Shown: positions 29,298 through 39,502, counted from the stretch's first letter. The stretch is 64,000 nt of DNA from Syntrophales bacterium (GCA_963666365.2 CAXXNF010000002.1:1440001-1504000), one strand, 5' to 3'. Notes: generated from the sequence alone by a model not told the origin. A program made the numbers and translations.

Positions 29298-30464
29298 ATG
29301 AAAAATACGGTCCCCATTATTCTCACATGTCTGGTCCTGATCGCCTGTGCACCTGCGGAGATAGTGCAGGTGACGCGCAGTGCCATTACGGGCGACGCCG
29401 CTTCCGCCGGTCGGCTGGTTGCCCGAAAAGCGGTACGCTATGCCCTGGCGCCTGAAAGGCTCAACAGGGATCTGGAGCGCATGCAAAAAGTGATCGATGC
29501 CTTCAGAAAAGCCGTGGGCGAAGGCTGGGGAAAGGATGAAGCCAGGGAGCCTTCCCCCCGTGAATATGTGAAATATATCCAGAATTACCGCTCACGGGCA
29601 ACTGTTGATTTCACCCACGGGCTTATCACGGTGGAAACCATAGATGAAACGGCGCCGCTGGCAAGCCTGAAAAAGGCCATCGTCACCACGCTTCTGACGC
29701 CGGACGACCCGAGAGCGGTCGACCTCTACTCGGCCCGTTCCGTGACGCTGGGGGAAACGCCCTTTCTGCTGGGCGAGGTCAAGGATTTTGACGGTGAAGA
29801 TATCCGGTGGGCATGGCGGGCGGAGCGCTTCGCCGAGGGACTGATCAAGCGAAACCTCACGCAGAGGACCGTCACGGTCGAAAAGGCGAATCGCACCGTG
29901 TACCGGGTGACGATACCCATGGTCACCGACCACCAGGATGTGCGCATCCGGAAGTATCGCCCCCTCGTGGAGCGGTATGCCGCAGCATACATGCTGGACA
30001 GAAACCTCGTCTATGCCATTATTCACACGGAAAGTGGGTTCAATCCCTATGCGATAAGCCGATCCCAGGCCCTGGGACTCATGCAGATCATGCCTTCGAC
30101 GGCGGGAAGAGACGTCCACCGCCTCTTAGAGGGCCTGGACGGCATTCCTTCAAGGGAATTTCTTCTCAATGCAGCGCACAACATTGAATACGGATGCGCC
30201 TATCTGCGCATCCTCATCTCACGCCATCTCAAGGGAATAGACGATCCTCTGTCGCTGGAGTACTGCACAATCGCCGCCTACAATGCCGGCGCGGGCGAGG
30301 TGCTTCGCACCTTCGACGCCGATCGTAACCGCGCCCCCTTCGTGATCAATGGACTTGCCCCTCTTGAGGTCTACACCCGCATCACCGACGAAATTCCCAA
30401 GGAAGAGGCCCGCCGGTACCTGTCAAAAGTGCTGAACGCGAAAAAGGATTTTGTAAATTTCTGA
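29298..30464 (+). CDS. mltC: Membrane-bound lytic murein transglycosylase C-like lipoprotein
   Basis: Lipobox LIAC; YVKY...YRSRATVDF N-domain; SLT motifs TESGFNPYA, GLMQI, AYNAG. Confidence 0.9.
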   Translation: MKNTVPIILTCLVLIACAPAEIVQVTRSAITGDAASAGRLVARKAVRYALAPERLNRDLERMQKVIDAFRKAVGEGWGKDEAREPSPREYVKYIQNYRSRATVDFTHGLITVETIDETAPLASLKKAIVTTLLTPDDPRAVDLYSARSVTLGETPFLLGEVKDFDGEDIRWAWRAERFAEGLIKRNLTQRTVTVEKANRTVYRVTIPMVTDHQDVRIRKYRPLVERYAAAYMLDRNLVYAIIHTESGFNPYAISRSQALGLMQIMPSTAGRDVHRLLEGLDGIPSREFLLNAAHNIEYGCAYLRILISRHLKGIDDPLSLEYCTIAAYNAGAGEVLRTFDADRNRAPFVINGLAPLEVYTRITDEIPKEEARRYLSKVLNAKKDFVNF

Positions 30465-30485
30465 CCGAAGGCGCCGTGCGTCGCG

Positions 30486-31196
30486 CTATATTCCCTCTAT
30501 CAGCAATCGGGCCAGTTCGTCCGGACGGGAGAGCATCACGTCATGATCCGCATCGATTTCCTGAAGATCCCCACCGAGCTTTGTCGAAAGCGACAGGCAG
30601 AGATCCCTGGGAAATGTCCTGTCACGGGAACAGAGAATATACCGCCGACGGACCGCGATATCCCGTGCCGACAGCCGCGCCGGCTCAAGATAAGGCGCAA
30701 AGGGCTGCGGAGTGAGCAGTTTGAAATACCGGCGGGCCTCCTTTTCGGGCAGGTCGGTAAAGAAACGGGCATAGGCATCGGCGAAGGCAACGCTGATGGT
30801 CCTGTCGTGTGACTGATCGGCCATGTCGAAGTAGCTTGACCGGCGGCTTTCCGGAATGAGATCGATCGCGGCCTCACCCTGGTCAAGGACGAGGGCGGCA
30901 AGAAAGACCACCTCCGTGACTGTCTCGGCGTTATCACGGGCCACTTCGGGAAGGAGCATACCGGCGATTGAATGCCCTACCAGAACGAGACTGTCAAAAT
31001 CCCGCGACTTGAGGAAGCGGTTTGCCGCCGCCGCATAGGCATCGAAGGTCACCGTAAAGCGTGGAGTAGGATCATCGCCGTGCCCGGGAAGGTCGAAGGC
31101 AAACCCCCTGTGTCCCCGTTTTTCGAGTTCGCTGATCAAAGGATTCCAGCACCACGCACCATGCAACCCTCCGTGAATGAAAACGAAGTCCGCCAT
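30486..31196 (-). CDS. Alpha/beta hydrolase (methylesterase-like)
   Basis: FVFIHGGLHGAWCW, GHSIAG, DHDVMLS. Confidence 0.92.
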   Translation of the reverse strand: MADFVFIHGGLHGAWCWNPLISELEKRGHRGFAFDLPGHGDDPTPRFTVTFDAYAAAANRFLKSRDFDSLVLVGHSIAGMLLPEVARDNAETVTEVVFLAALVLDQGEAAIDLIPESRRSSYFDMADQSHDRTISVAFADAYARFFTDLPEKEARRYFKLLTPQPFAPYLEPARLSARDIAVRRRYILCSRDRTFPRDLCLSLSTKLGGDLQEIDADHDVMLSRPDELARLLIEGI

Positions 31197-31227
31197 AGCA
31201 TCATTATCCTTTCTCTACTGAATATCG

Positions 31228-32085
31228 TTATTCCGCATTCAGAAATTTCCTGATTTCACTGTCACGCGCTTCATTTGGTTGAAAAATTATTGAATAATGG
31301 TCCGTTCCCGTCACGGTGCAGAGGCGCGAATCGGGAATCGCCTCTAACATGGGAACTACAGTTTCGTCGGCAAGGAGTAGATCTTTCGGGCTGAGAAGCC
31401 CCCGATCAGCCCTCAGAATCAATGTGGGACAGAGGACCTGTGAGTAAAATGTGTTGAAATCGACCGTTCGTACATTGGTCGACTCTTCAACAACCATTTC
31501 AGCGGTATGTCGTGTCCTTACCCCCCCGTCGACCGCTTCTATTTCATAGCGGAAATAATTCTCGATGGCCTCCGACCAGGGATGGAAAAAAGGTGATGCC
31601 TTCATGGGCGCCAGGTAGTGCTCCATGGAAGGAAACACCTTTCCCAAACGATCCAGGCTTGTCTGTATCGCTTTTGTAAAGTGTTCGCCATGGTCGGAAG
31701 GCAGCGTTCCGCCGCCATCGATAAGAATGAGTCGCTCTACTCTGTCGGAATGACGGGCGGCAAAGACAAGCGAAATAAAGGCGCCCAGCGAATGACCCAT
31801 CATGACCACGCGATTGATTTCCAGTGCATCGAGCACATTCAGGATGTCCCGCACATGATGATCCATTGAATATCCTGTGTCCGGCTTATCCGACAATCCC
31901 CGTCCACGGAGATCCATCGCGATAATTCGGTAATCCGGCACGAGCGATTCGGCAATCACATCCCAGCATCGACAATTGGCGGTCAATCCATGCACACAGA
32001 AAATCTCCCGGCCCCTCTCCCCTCTCAGGGCAATTGATAGAGCGATCCCCTCTCCGGGAACGTTCCTCATAATCGGTTCTTTCAC
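31228..32085 (-). CDS. Alpha/beta hydrolase
   Basis: HGLTAN, DLRGRG, GHSLG, TDHY; GGAGGAGG-like RBS before GTG 32085. Confidence 0.92.
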   Translation of the reverse strand: MKEPIMRNVPGEGIALSIALRGERGREIFCVHGLTANCRCWDVIAESLVPDYRIIAMDLRGRGLSDKPDTGYSMDHHVRDILNVLDALEINRVVMMGHSLGAFISLVFAARHSDRVERLILIDGGGTLPSDHGEHFTKAIQTSLDRLGKVFPSMEHYLAPMKASPFFHPWSEAIENYFRYEIEAVDGGVRTRHTAEMVVEESTNVRTVDFNTFYSQVLCPTLILRADRGLLSPKDLLLADETVVPMLEAIPDSRLCTVTGTDHYSIIFQPNEARDSEIRKFLNAE

Positions 32086-32196
32086 AGCGCCTCCTTCCAT
32101 TATCAGCAGAAAAAGCAGCACCACTATCTCAAGAAACCCACGCCAGCCAATCCTGAATACACCGGGATGCCCCGTCTCCTCATGGCTCAGCAGCCA

Positions 32197-32709
32197 CTAT
32201 GCGCTCATATCGCCGTTTCCTGCATTATCCTGACAGGCCTTCTCCTTCTTGCGCTCTTCGAGCCGCATCTTTCTTCTGGCGACTGCCTCCCGGTTGCGGC
32301 GAATTTCTTCTTCCGTTTCGAGGATCAGCGGAGGTATTTCCCTGGGCTTTCCCCCCCGATCGAGGGCCACCATGGTCAGGTAGGCCGATGCGGTATGATG
32401 GACGTCTCCGGTCACCAGGTTCTCCGATTCCACGCGCACACCCACCTCCATGGAGGTGTTCCCCACCATATTCAGCCCTGCCCTAAGCGTGAGAAGATCA
32501 CCGATGAACACGGGATAATGGAAATCAAGGCGGTCAATCGATGCCGTGACCACATTTGCCTTGGCGTGTCGCACGCCCACTGCGCCGGCGGCCGTATCGA
32601 TCAGCCTCATGATAACGCCGCCGTGGACGTTACCGGCGGGATTGGCATCGTGGGGATTCATCATCTGCGCCATCACGACGCTGCTGTCGCTTACTCGCTT
32701 CCCTTTCAT
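32197..32709 (-). CDS. Acyl-CoA thioesterase (YciA-type hotdog)
   Basis: DANPAGNVHGG, VVTAS, GNTSMEVGV. Confidence 0.93.
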   Translation of the reverse strand: MKGKRVSDSSVVMAQMMNPHDANPAGNVHGGVIMRLIDTAAGAVGVRHAKANVVTASIDRLDFHYPVFIGDLLTLRAGLNMVGNTSMEVGVRVESENLVTGDVHHTASAYLTMVALDRGGKPREIPPLILETEEEIRRNREAVARRKMRLEERKKEKACQDNAGNGDMSA

Positions 32710-32848
32710 TGCGGCCTCCTTTGTTTACCTGCCTCAATGCAGTTCTTATATCATTTTTATTGCCCTCAGCGTCAGAAAATTTTTATTTTGACAAAAGTAC
32801 CGTCATAATTTACTGAGCATACGACACATGAGGAAAGGAGGAAACAAA

Positions 32849-33766
32849 ATGGCAGTGCCGAAACCGAAATGGCTTGAAGCGCTCTTTCCCTGGGAACTGA
32901 AGCAGCTTCAGGTGAACGGACGCACAATGTCTTATATAGACGAGGGCGATCCGGAAGGACAGCCGGTCCTTTTGCTCTCCGGCAATCCCACCTGGGGATT
33001 TCTCTACCGTGATTTTGTTCCCGTTCTGACAAAGGCAGGGTATCGCGCCATCGCCCCCGACTGGATCGGCGCCGGCTACTCCGATCATCCGCGGATCGAC
33101 AGTGCGCTCACCTTTGCGCACCACATCGCCGATCTCGTGTCCCTGCTGGATCAGCTCGACCTCAGGCGCTATGTCATCGTCGGTCAGGATTGGGGAGGCG
33201 GCCAGGGAATCGGCGCCGCCCTGCAGCGGATTGAACGCCTTGCCGCCCTCGTGATCATGAATACCCTCGCCTTCACCTATCTGGGGAAGTTTCACAGTTC
33301 CCCCTGGCCCTGGACCACCTGGCACTCGCCGCTTGTCGGCCAATATCTGCAAAAAATCGCCAAGGTGCTTTCTCATGCCGGCCCCGCCGCCATTTCCGCA
33401 CGGGGCATGACGAAGGAAGAGGCGAGGGCCTATCATCACGTCTTCGATGAAAAGGATTCGGATCACGTGGTGCTCACATGGCCCCGCACCATTCCCATGC
33501 GCAGAGGCGACAGGGGATGGCAGGACATGAAGGTCCTGGAAGACCGCGCCGGCGAACTCGCCCATGTACCGACGATTCTTCTCTGGGCGCCGGAAGACGA
33601 AGTCTTCCCTATAGAATATGCCTATAAACTGAAGGAGTATCTGCCCCACGCCGAAGGTCCCATCGAATTCACGGGGGCGCGCCATTTCCTGCAGGATGAC
33701 CGGGGCGCCGACCTGGCAGCGGCGATCGTCGAATTTCTTGACCGCCAGAAGGAGGTGCATCCATGA
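32849..33766 (+). CDS. Haloalkane dehalogenase-like alpha/beta hydrolase 1
   Basis: GNPTWGFLYR, nucleophile QDWGG, HFLQDD; AGGAGG RBS before ATG 32849. Confidence 0.8.
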   Translation: MAVPKPKWLEALFPWELKQLQVNGRTMSYIDEGDPEGQPVLLLSGNPTWGFLYRDFVPVLTKAGYRAIAPDWIGAGYSDHPRIDSALTFAHHIADLVSLLDQLDLRRYVIVGQDWGGGQGIGAALQRIERLAALVIMNTLAFTYLGKFHSSPWPWTTWHSPLVGQYLQKIAKVLSHAGPAAISARGMTKEEARAYHHVFDEKDSDHVVLTWPRTIPMRRGDRGWQDMKVLEDRAGELAHVPTILLWAPEDEVFPIEYAYKLKEYLPHAEGPIEFTGARHFLQDDRGADLAAAIVEFLDRQKEVHP

Positions 33767-35025
33767 ACTTCATCACACCGGATCAGGAAGAACTGCGCTA
33801 TTTGAGACCGGACCCGCTTCTCTGGGAGCAGGAACTGGATATAAAACCCAACACCGCCACGGCGCTGGAGCAAATCCTGGGGAAAAGGGCCGGCAGGTCC
33901 TATTGGCGATCGAAGCACGGCCATCTCTACGCAGTGGAGCTTGCCGACCTGGGACGGGACCGCCCCTCCATGGCCACGATTTTCGGCCACTGGGACCGTT
34001 TCGAACCGCGACCGCCGGAACATGAAATCAATCAGGATATCCTCGATTTTCTCCTCTGGTTCGCTGCAAATACAGGAGCGGCCGACCCGAAAATTGTGGA
34101 CAAACTGGCGCGCATCGGCGCTAATGCCCGTCTCCTTACCTGGCCCGAGGGATCGGTGCTGAGAACCCCGGAGGAACGCTTTCATGCTCTCCCGGACTTT
34201 CCCTACGAACCGCACTATATGGAAATCGAGGACCTTCGCATGGCCTACGTGGAATGCGGCACAGGCGACCCGATTCTGATGCTTCACGGGGAACCGACCT
34301 GGGGATTTCTTTATCGCAGAATGATGCCCGCCCTGTCGAAACTGGGAAAAACCGTGGTTCCCGACCTGATCGGATTTGGCCGTTCCGACAAGCCAACGCT
34401 GACCAACGCCTACACCTACAAGTCCCATGTCAGGTGGATGCGCCGGTTTATCGAGCTGCTGGATCTGACCAACATCACGCTTGTCTGCCAGGACTGGGGA
34501 GGATCGATCGGGCTGCGGGTACTTTCTGAAATTCCGGAACGGTTCAAGGCCCTTGTGGCCATGAATACGGGAATTACCCCGGGAGTAATGTCGCATCAGG
34601 CCTTTGACAGCTGGCGCTTTTTCTCCCAGCGGGCCTGGGAATTGGACCTTCCCGCACTGATGAAGCTGACGCTCCAGAAGCGGACACTGACCGATGCGGA
34701 GGCGGCAGCCTATGCGGCCCCCTTCCCTTCCCGCGAATACCAGACCTGCGCCCTTCTGTTTCCGCGCCTGGTACCGATCAGGCCGGATCAACCTGGTGCA
34801 TACGATAACCGCCGTGCCATCGAAGCATTGAAAACGCTTGAGCTGCCCGTGTTTCTTCTCTGGGGAGGCGCCGATGCCATCACCAGGCCCAGCGAGTCCT
34901 ATTTGAGAACAATATTCAGGAATGTGGCGCCTCCGAAAGCGATAGAGGGAGCGGGGCACTTCATACAGGAAGAGGCAGGCGAAGAGGCGGCGGAGCATAT
35001 CGCCGCCTGGATGCACACACTGTAG
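33763..35025 (+). CDS. Haloalkane dehalogenase with about 130-aa unrecognised N-terminal extension
   Basis: VLRTPEERF..LPDFPYEPHY, HGEPTW, DLIGFGRSDKP, CQDWGG, GHFIQEE. Confidence 0.85.
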   Translation: MNFITPDQEELRYLRPDPLLWEQELDIKPNTATALEQILGKRAGRSYWRSKHGHLYAVELADLGRDRPSMATIFGHWDRFEPRPPEHEINQDILDFLLWFAANTGAADPKIVDKLARIGANARLLTWPEGSVLRTPEERFHALPDFPYEPHYMEIEDLRMAYVECGTGDPILMLHGEPTWGFLYRRMMPALSKLGKTVVPDLIGFGRSDKPTLTNAYTYKSHVRWMRRFIELLDLTNITLVCQDWGGSIGLRVLSEIPERFKALVAMNTGITPGVMSHQAFDSWRFFSQRAWELDLPALMKLTLQKRTLTDAEAAAYAAPFPSREYQTCALLFPRLVPIRPDQPGAYDNRRAIEALKTLELPVFLLWGGADAITRPSESYLRTIFRNVAPPKAIEGAGHFIQEEAGEEAAEHIAAWMHTL

Positions 35026-35051
35026 CCATTTGCAGATAAGGAACGATACCC

Positions 35052-35402
35052 ATGCATGAACTTCCCATCACTGAAAGCATATTGAACATCGTCCTGAAGC
35101 ATGCCCGGGCGAACGGAGTGAGCAAAATCGTGACGGTCCATCTGCAGGTTGGCAAGCTCAGCGACCTTGAAGACGAATGGATTCAGCGCTACTTCGACTA
35201 CCTCAGCAAGGGCACTCAGGCCGAGGGGGCACAGCTCAAGATAGAACGGACACCGGTGGTGGTGCGCTGCATCGCCTGCGAGGAGTCCTATGAGGCGGAT
35301 GTACACAACCTCAAGGATCTGACCTGCCCCTCCTGCGGAGAAAAAGGCGTGACGCTGGTGTCGGGACGGGAGTATTATATAAAGAACATGGAGGTGCTGT
35401 AA
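35052..35402 (+). CDS. hypA: Nickel metallochaperone HypA
   Basis: MHELPI, CIAC, CPSC, SGRE. Confidence 0.96.
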   Translation: MHELPITESILNIVLKHARANGVSKIVTVHLQVGKLSDLEDEWIQRYFDYLSKGTQAEGAQLKIERTPVVVRCIACEESYEADVHNLKDLTCPSCGEKGVTLVSGREYYIKNMEVL

Positions 35403-36070
35403 TGGACGAGATCAGACTTATAGAGGTGAAAGAAGATATCCTCTCCGACAACAATGCAAAGGCCGAAGAGGTGCGCACCCGGCTTCAGGCTGCCGAGACG
35501 ATGCTTCTCAATCTGATGTCATCGCCCGGCTCTGGAAAGACAAGCCTGATCCTTCGCACTCTTGAAGGCCTGCAAGAGGCACTAACGATCGGGGTGATCG
35601 AAGCCGATATCGATTCCGTAGTTGACGCGGAAAAGGTGTCCGCCCGGGGGGTTCCCGCGATTCAGCTTCGCACGGGAGGATTCTGCCATCTTGACGCCAC
35701 CATGGTCACCCAGGGCCTCGATGCCATGGAACCCGAAAAATTCGATCTTCTCATCATCGAGAACGTGGGGAACCTCGTCTGTCCGGCGGAATTCGACACG
35801 GGCGCCCACAGAAACGTCATGATCCTGAGCGTTCCCGAGGGAGACGACAAGCCCCTCAAATACCCCCTCATGTTTACCATCTGCGACTGCCTGCTTGTCA
35901 ATAAGATAGACTATCTCTCCCTGAGCGACTTCGATATGGCCGCATTGAAGGAACGCGTCCTCGCCCTCAATCCGGACATAACGATTATAGAAATCTCCTG
36001 CAAAACCGGCGAGGGGATCGACAGATGGACAGGATGGTTGAAGCAGGAAGTGGCCGACTTTAGAAAATGA
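35402..36070 (+). CDS. hypB: Nickel-insertion GTPase HypB
   Basis: SSPGSGKT, CHLDA, ENVGNLVCPAEFD, EGDDKPLKYP, NKID. Confidence 0.97.
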   Translation: MDEIRLIEVKEDILSDNNAKAEEVRTRLQAAETMLLNLMSSPGSGKTSLILRTLEGLQEALTIGVIEADIDSVVDAEKVSARGVPAIQLRTGGFCHLDATMVTQGLDAMEPEKFDLLIIENVGNLVCPAEFDTGAHRNVMILSVPEGDDKPLKYPLMFTICDCLLVNKIDYLSLSDFDMAALKERVLALNPDITIIEISCKTGEGIDRWTGWLKQEVADFRK

Positions 36071-36106
36071 CGGGTTCGCCAAAAGTCCATATGCAGCCTG
36101 AGGCCT

Positions 36107-36219
36107 TTACAGAACCTCATAAAACCATCAATTTTGTCATACCGGCAGATCCCGGATCAAGTCCGGGAGGTATCCAGTCTTTCAATTACTTTCTGGATTC
36201 CGGCATACGCCGGAATGAC
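36107..36219. repeat. Palindromic repeat element, copy 2, between convergent genes
   Basis: GTCATACCGGC...GGTATCCAG ... CTGGATTCCGGCATACGCCGGAATGAC. Confidence 0.75.
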
Positions 36220-36246
36220 GGCGCTGTCTCCGGGAATCCGGGTTTC

Positions 36247-36660
36247 TCAGGTTGTCAGCGTTTCCTCAATCAGATCCTCATTGGAAATTCCGGACGAAAA
36301 GTGCCACTGAGCGATCTTCCACTCACCATGCTCCTTCCGAAAGACGGCAGTCAACCGGACCGGAATTTCCGAGCCGTCGGGCGTTTTGACCGAGGGGCGA
36401 CCCGCTATCCAACCGATCGAACCTTCACTATAGGCGAGGGGAGTGTCCGCCAGAATCTGAAATCCTCCCGTTTCACTCAATTGGGCATTGAAGGCCCCCA
36501 TAATCACGGAATAACCGGGCCACCATTCCGCCGGGTCACTGCCAATCGCCAGCACACCGTCCTCTTGCGAAAACTGCTGTTCAAAGAAAGAATAATCGCC
36601 CTTTGATATGGCCTCGCAGATTTTAAAGTAAAGTTCTTTCAGCTCTGTCGATTGTTCCAT
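36247..36660 (-). CDS. SnoaL/NTF2-like protein
   Basis: IGSDPAEWW, RLTAVFRKEHGEWKIAQWHFS. Confidence 0.85.
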   Translation of the reverse strand: MEQSTELKELYFKICEAISKGDYSFFEQQFSQEDGVLAIGSDPAEWWPGYSVIMGAFNAQLSETGGFQILADTPLAYSEGSIGWIAGRPSVKTPDGSEIPVRLTAVFRKEHGEWKIAQWHFSSGISNEDLIEETLTT

Positions 36661-36686
36661 TGTAAGTTTCTCCTCAAGTGGATCTA

Positions 36687-37802
36687 TTACAACATTCCCA
36701 TTCTCATCAAATCTTCCACGTTGACATGCTTCGATTCATCGATGCGCTGCCCCTCGCGAATCCGCTCCAGAAGAAATTCCTTCTGCTCGGGAAACTGATA
36801 CCCCTCGTAATCCTGGGTAAAGAGCAGCCCGCCCCGCTGATCCCGCCAGGAGTTCATGGCGTGGTCGAAGCAGACCTTGGAGGTTACCTCGAGGCCCCGG
36901 ATCATCACCTCCAGTTCTTCGAGACGCTCTCTCGGTGAGGAAAGGTGCAACTTCCCCTCTGCGTAATCCCTGTAGATAGGCGTTCCGGGATGGGGCACGA
37001 AGGGACGGGAGCGTATGTAGCTTGGGTTGATGGCGGACAGCACCCGGGCCGTATTCTCGGCATGCTGACGCCAGCGTTCCCGTCCTCCCAGATCGGGCAT
37101 CCAGTATTCGGACAGTTGAAATCCCGCCGCCATTGCCTTCTGCCCCCCTTCGATCTGCTCGGCGCCGGTCACCCCTTTTCGCACGATCGCAAGAAGTTCG
37201 TCATCACCCGTTTCAAGTCCCACATGGAGGCGATCGAGACCGGCCGTTCGTATGGCCTTCAGATCCTCGAGCTTTCTCTGGGCAAGGGTCTTCGAGCGGG
37301 CATAGGTGGTCACCCGGGTAAGCGACGGCAGCTGTTCACGGAGATAGGCGAGGACTTCGATAAATTCAGGGGGGCGCATGATAATGCTGTTGGCGTCCTG
37401 GAGAAAGGCCGTTCGCCCGCCTGAGTAGATCCAGTTGAACACCCCCGCAAAGCAGTAGTTGCTGTCCAGCGACGAATCGGCTTGCAGAACCGCCATTGCC
37501 ACGTCTCGCGTAATTTTTCCGCTCAAGCCCAGCTTCCAGGAAATCGCCGTAAGCTCATCTTTAATTGCCTTTACCGCGTCGATATCGGCCTTGATATCCT
37601 CCACCGGCCGGTAGACGAATTTTTCATTTTTGTACATGCTGCAGAAGGTGCACTTGTTCCAGGGACAATTTTCGGTAAACCTGAGAAGCAGGGAAAAACT
37701 CCCCCCTTCGCTGGGCGGACGGTACATCCCCACCTTGTACGAAAGCGACCTCAGTCTCCCGATGCGCTCTCCCATTTCATTACTGCCTACAATAAACGCC
37801 AT
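36687..37802 (-). CDS. Radical SAM protein
   Basis: YRPPSE, CPWNKCTFC (CxxxCxxC), GLETGDDE. Confidence 0.93.
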   Translation of the reverse strand: MAFIVGSNEMGERIGRLRSLSYKVGMYRPPSEGGSFSLLLRFTENCPWNKCTFCSMYKNEKFVYRPVEDIKADIDAVKAIKDELTAISWKLGLSGKITRDVAMAVLQADSSLDSNYCFAGVFNWIYSGGRTAFLQDANSIIMRPPEFIEVLAYLREQLPSLTRVTTYARSKTLAQRKLEDLKAIRTAGLDRLHVGLETGDDELLAIVRKGVTGAEQIEGGQKAMAAGFQLSEYWMPDLGGRERWRQHAENTARVLSAINPSYIRSRPFVPHPGTPIYRDYAEGKLHLSSPRERLEELEVMIRGLEVTSKVCFDHAMNSWRDQRGGLLFTQDYEGYQFPEQKEFLLERIREGQRIDESKHVNVEDLMRMGML

Positions 37803-37832
37803 GAATCACTACCCTCTCGTGTAATTGTTTCT

Positions 37833-37861
37833 AATCTAATATCGAACCGCCTCTTTGTCAA
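37833..37861 (-). promoter_or_regulatory. Sigma70-type promoter for radical SAM gene
   Basis: TTGACA-N17-TAGATT on the minus strand. Confidence 0.6.
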
Positions 37862-37876
37862 AAGTTCACGGACAGA

Positions 37877-39295
37877 CTATCGCCCGCAGTACCTCTGAAA
37901 ATGGGCAAGCGCACGGATCGCCCGTTCAAAGGACGGATAAGCGGGAATTCCTGCACGGCAGAAGCGGCTTCGAAGGGCAGACCCCTGGGCATTCAGCTCG
38001 GCATCACCACCATCATAATCTATGGTACATACTGTCGGTTTTTTTCTCCTGTGCGTCCTGATGAACTCGGAAATCTGCGGCACGGTATCGGGGATTTCAG
38101 GACTGTGAAAGGCGATGCGGGGAATGAGACGATCGACGATCACCATGTGAATGCCGGGATCGCGATAGGCGATATCCAGAAGTTCGCAGAGCCGGTCCGC
38201 ATTGGTAAAGGACTCCCAGAAATCGAGCGGGTTTCCGGCAATGCTTCCCGCTACGGGCACAATAGGCCGGATCTTTTTCATGCTCTCATCCGCAAGCGCG
38301 GGAACAGCCAGGCCATCGTGTACGGCGAGATCGGAAAATATCACACTGTTCCCCCCGCCGCCGCCTATTATGAAGAGTCCCGTGCCTTCGGTTCGGGGAA
38401 GACAGGAAAAGGCCACGATCGCATCGGCCCACTCGTCTATGGTGGATACAGGCGTCACTCCCGTCTGGGCAAAGAAGGCATTCCATAGCTTCAGATCGCC
38501 CGCCATACCCCCCGTGTGCGAGGCCGCCGTCGACGCCCCTTCTCTGGATTGGCCCCCCTTCAGAAGCACGATGGGCTTTCGCGGTACGATATCCCCGGCG
38601 AGCCGCATCAGACGCCTTCCATCGCGCACGCTTTCCAGGTACATGGCGATGAGCTCTATGTCATCATCGTCCCCCATGAACTTCAGGTATTCGGGACTGT
38701 CGAGCACGGTCGCATTGCCGATACTGGCCGCCTTGCTGACCCCCACACCGAGCGATGTCACAAACTCGGTGAGGCGCTGCGTGATTCCCCCGCTTTGTGA
38801 GATAATGCCAAGCCTCCCGTCGAGCCCCGGCGTGGCCCCCCAGGCGGTAAGCCCCGTCGAGGGGCAGTAGGGTCCCATGCAATTCGGTCCCATAATGAGC
38901 AGGTTTCCTTCCCGTGCAATGGCGGCGATCTCTTCTTCGAGCCTTCTTCCCTCCTCCGTGCCGATCTCCGAAAATCCCGCCGTAAGGATATGGACAAACC
39001 TGATAGAGAGCCGGCAGCATTCTTTCAGCACGGCGGGGACACGCGCCGCCTTGACACTGACGACGACAAGCTCGGGGACCTCCGGCAGCGATGTCAGATC
39101 GGGGTAAACCCTGATGCCCAGCACCTCCGTCATCTTCGGGTGTATCGGGTACAGAGCACCCCTGTAGCCCCACTCAAGAAAGCGGCGCAGAAAGCTCAAT
39201 CCCCCCAGGGCGGCACCTTCGCGGGATACGCCGACAATCGCGATACCTTTCGGCTTGAAAAAACCGGTCAGATCGGCACTGTATTCCTGTTCCAT
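37877..39295 (-). CDS. NDP-forming acyl-CoA synthetase alpha-type subunit (CoA-binding; no ATP-grasp domain)
   Basis: FFKPKGIAIVGVS, GPNCMG, SQSGG, phospho-His ASHTG, GNPLD. Confidence 0.9.
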   Translation of the reverse strand: MEQEYSADLTGFFKPKGIAIVGVSREGAALGGLSFLRRFLEWGYRGALYPIHPKMTEVLGIRVYPDLTSLPEVPELVVVSVKAARVPAVLKECCRLSIRFVHILTAGFSEIGTEEGRRLEEEIAAIAREGNLLIMGPNCMGPYCPSTGLTAWGATPGLDGRLGIISQSGGITQRLTEFVTSLGVGVSKAASIGNATVLDSPEYLKFMGDDDDIELIAMYLESVRDGRRLMRLAGDIVPRKPIVLLKGGQSREGASTAASHTGGMAGDLKLWNAFFAQTGVTPVSTIDEWADAIVAFSCLPRTEGTGLFIIGGGGGNSVIFSDLAVHDGLAVPALADESMKKIRPIVPVAGSIAGNPLDFWESFTNADRLCELLDIAYRDPGIHMVIVDRLIPRIAFHSPEIPDTVPQISEFIRTHRRKKPTVCTIDYDGGDAELNAQGSALRSRFCRAGIPAYPSFERAIRALAHFQRYCGR

Positions 39296-39409
39296 CCTGT
39301 TTCGTCCCTTTCCGTCCGCTGAAGCGGCGACCCTTCAATGACATCTGCCGACACTGTCCATGCCGTACAAACAAAGTAAAAACGCTTTGCATCACACGAA
39401 AGTAGGCGT

Positions 39410-39438
39410 ACTATAGGAGAAAGCATTCCGGCTGTCAA
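39410..39438 (-). promoter_or_regulatory. Sigma70-type promoter for acyl-CoA synthetase
   Basis: TTGACA-N17-TATAGT on the minus strand. Confidence 0.7.
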
Positions 39439-39502
39439 CCAAAAGACAGGAGGAAGCAGCGTGAAGAATTTTGATCTTTTCCATTTCATGCATATATTAT
39501 TT

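Noticed and set aside
36067..36606. 179-aa ORF following hypB
   Set aside because: Runs through a palindromic repeat and antisense to the SnoaL gene
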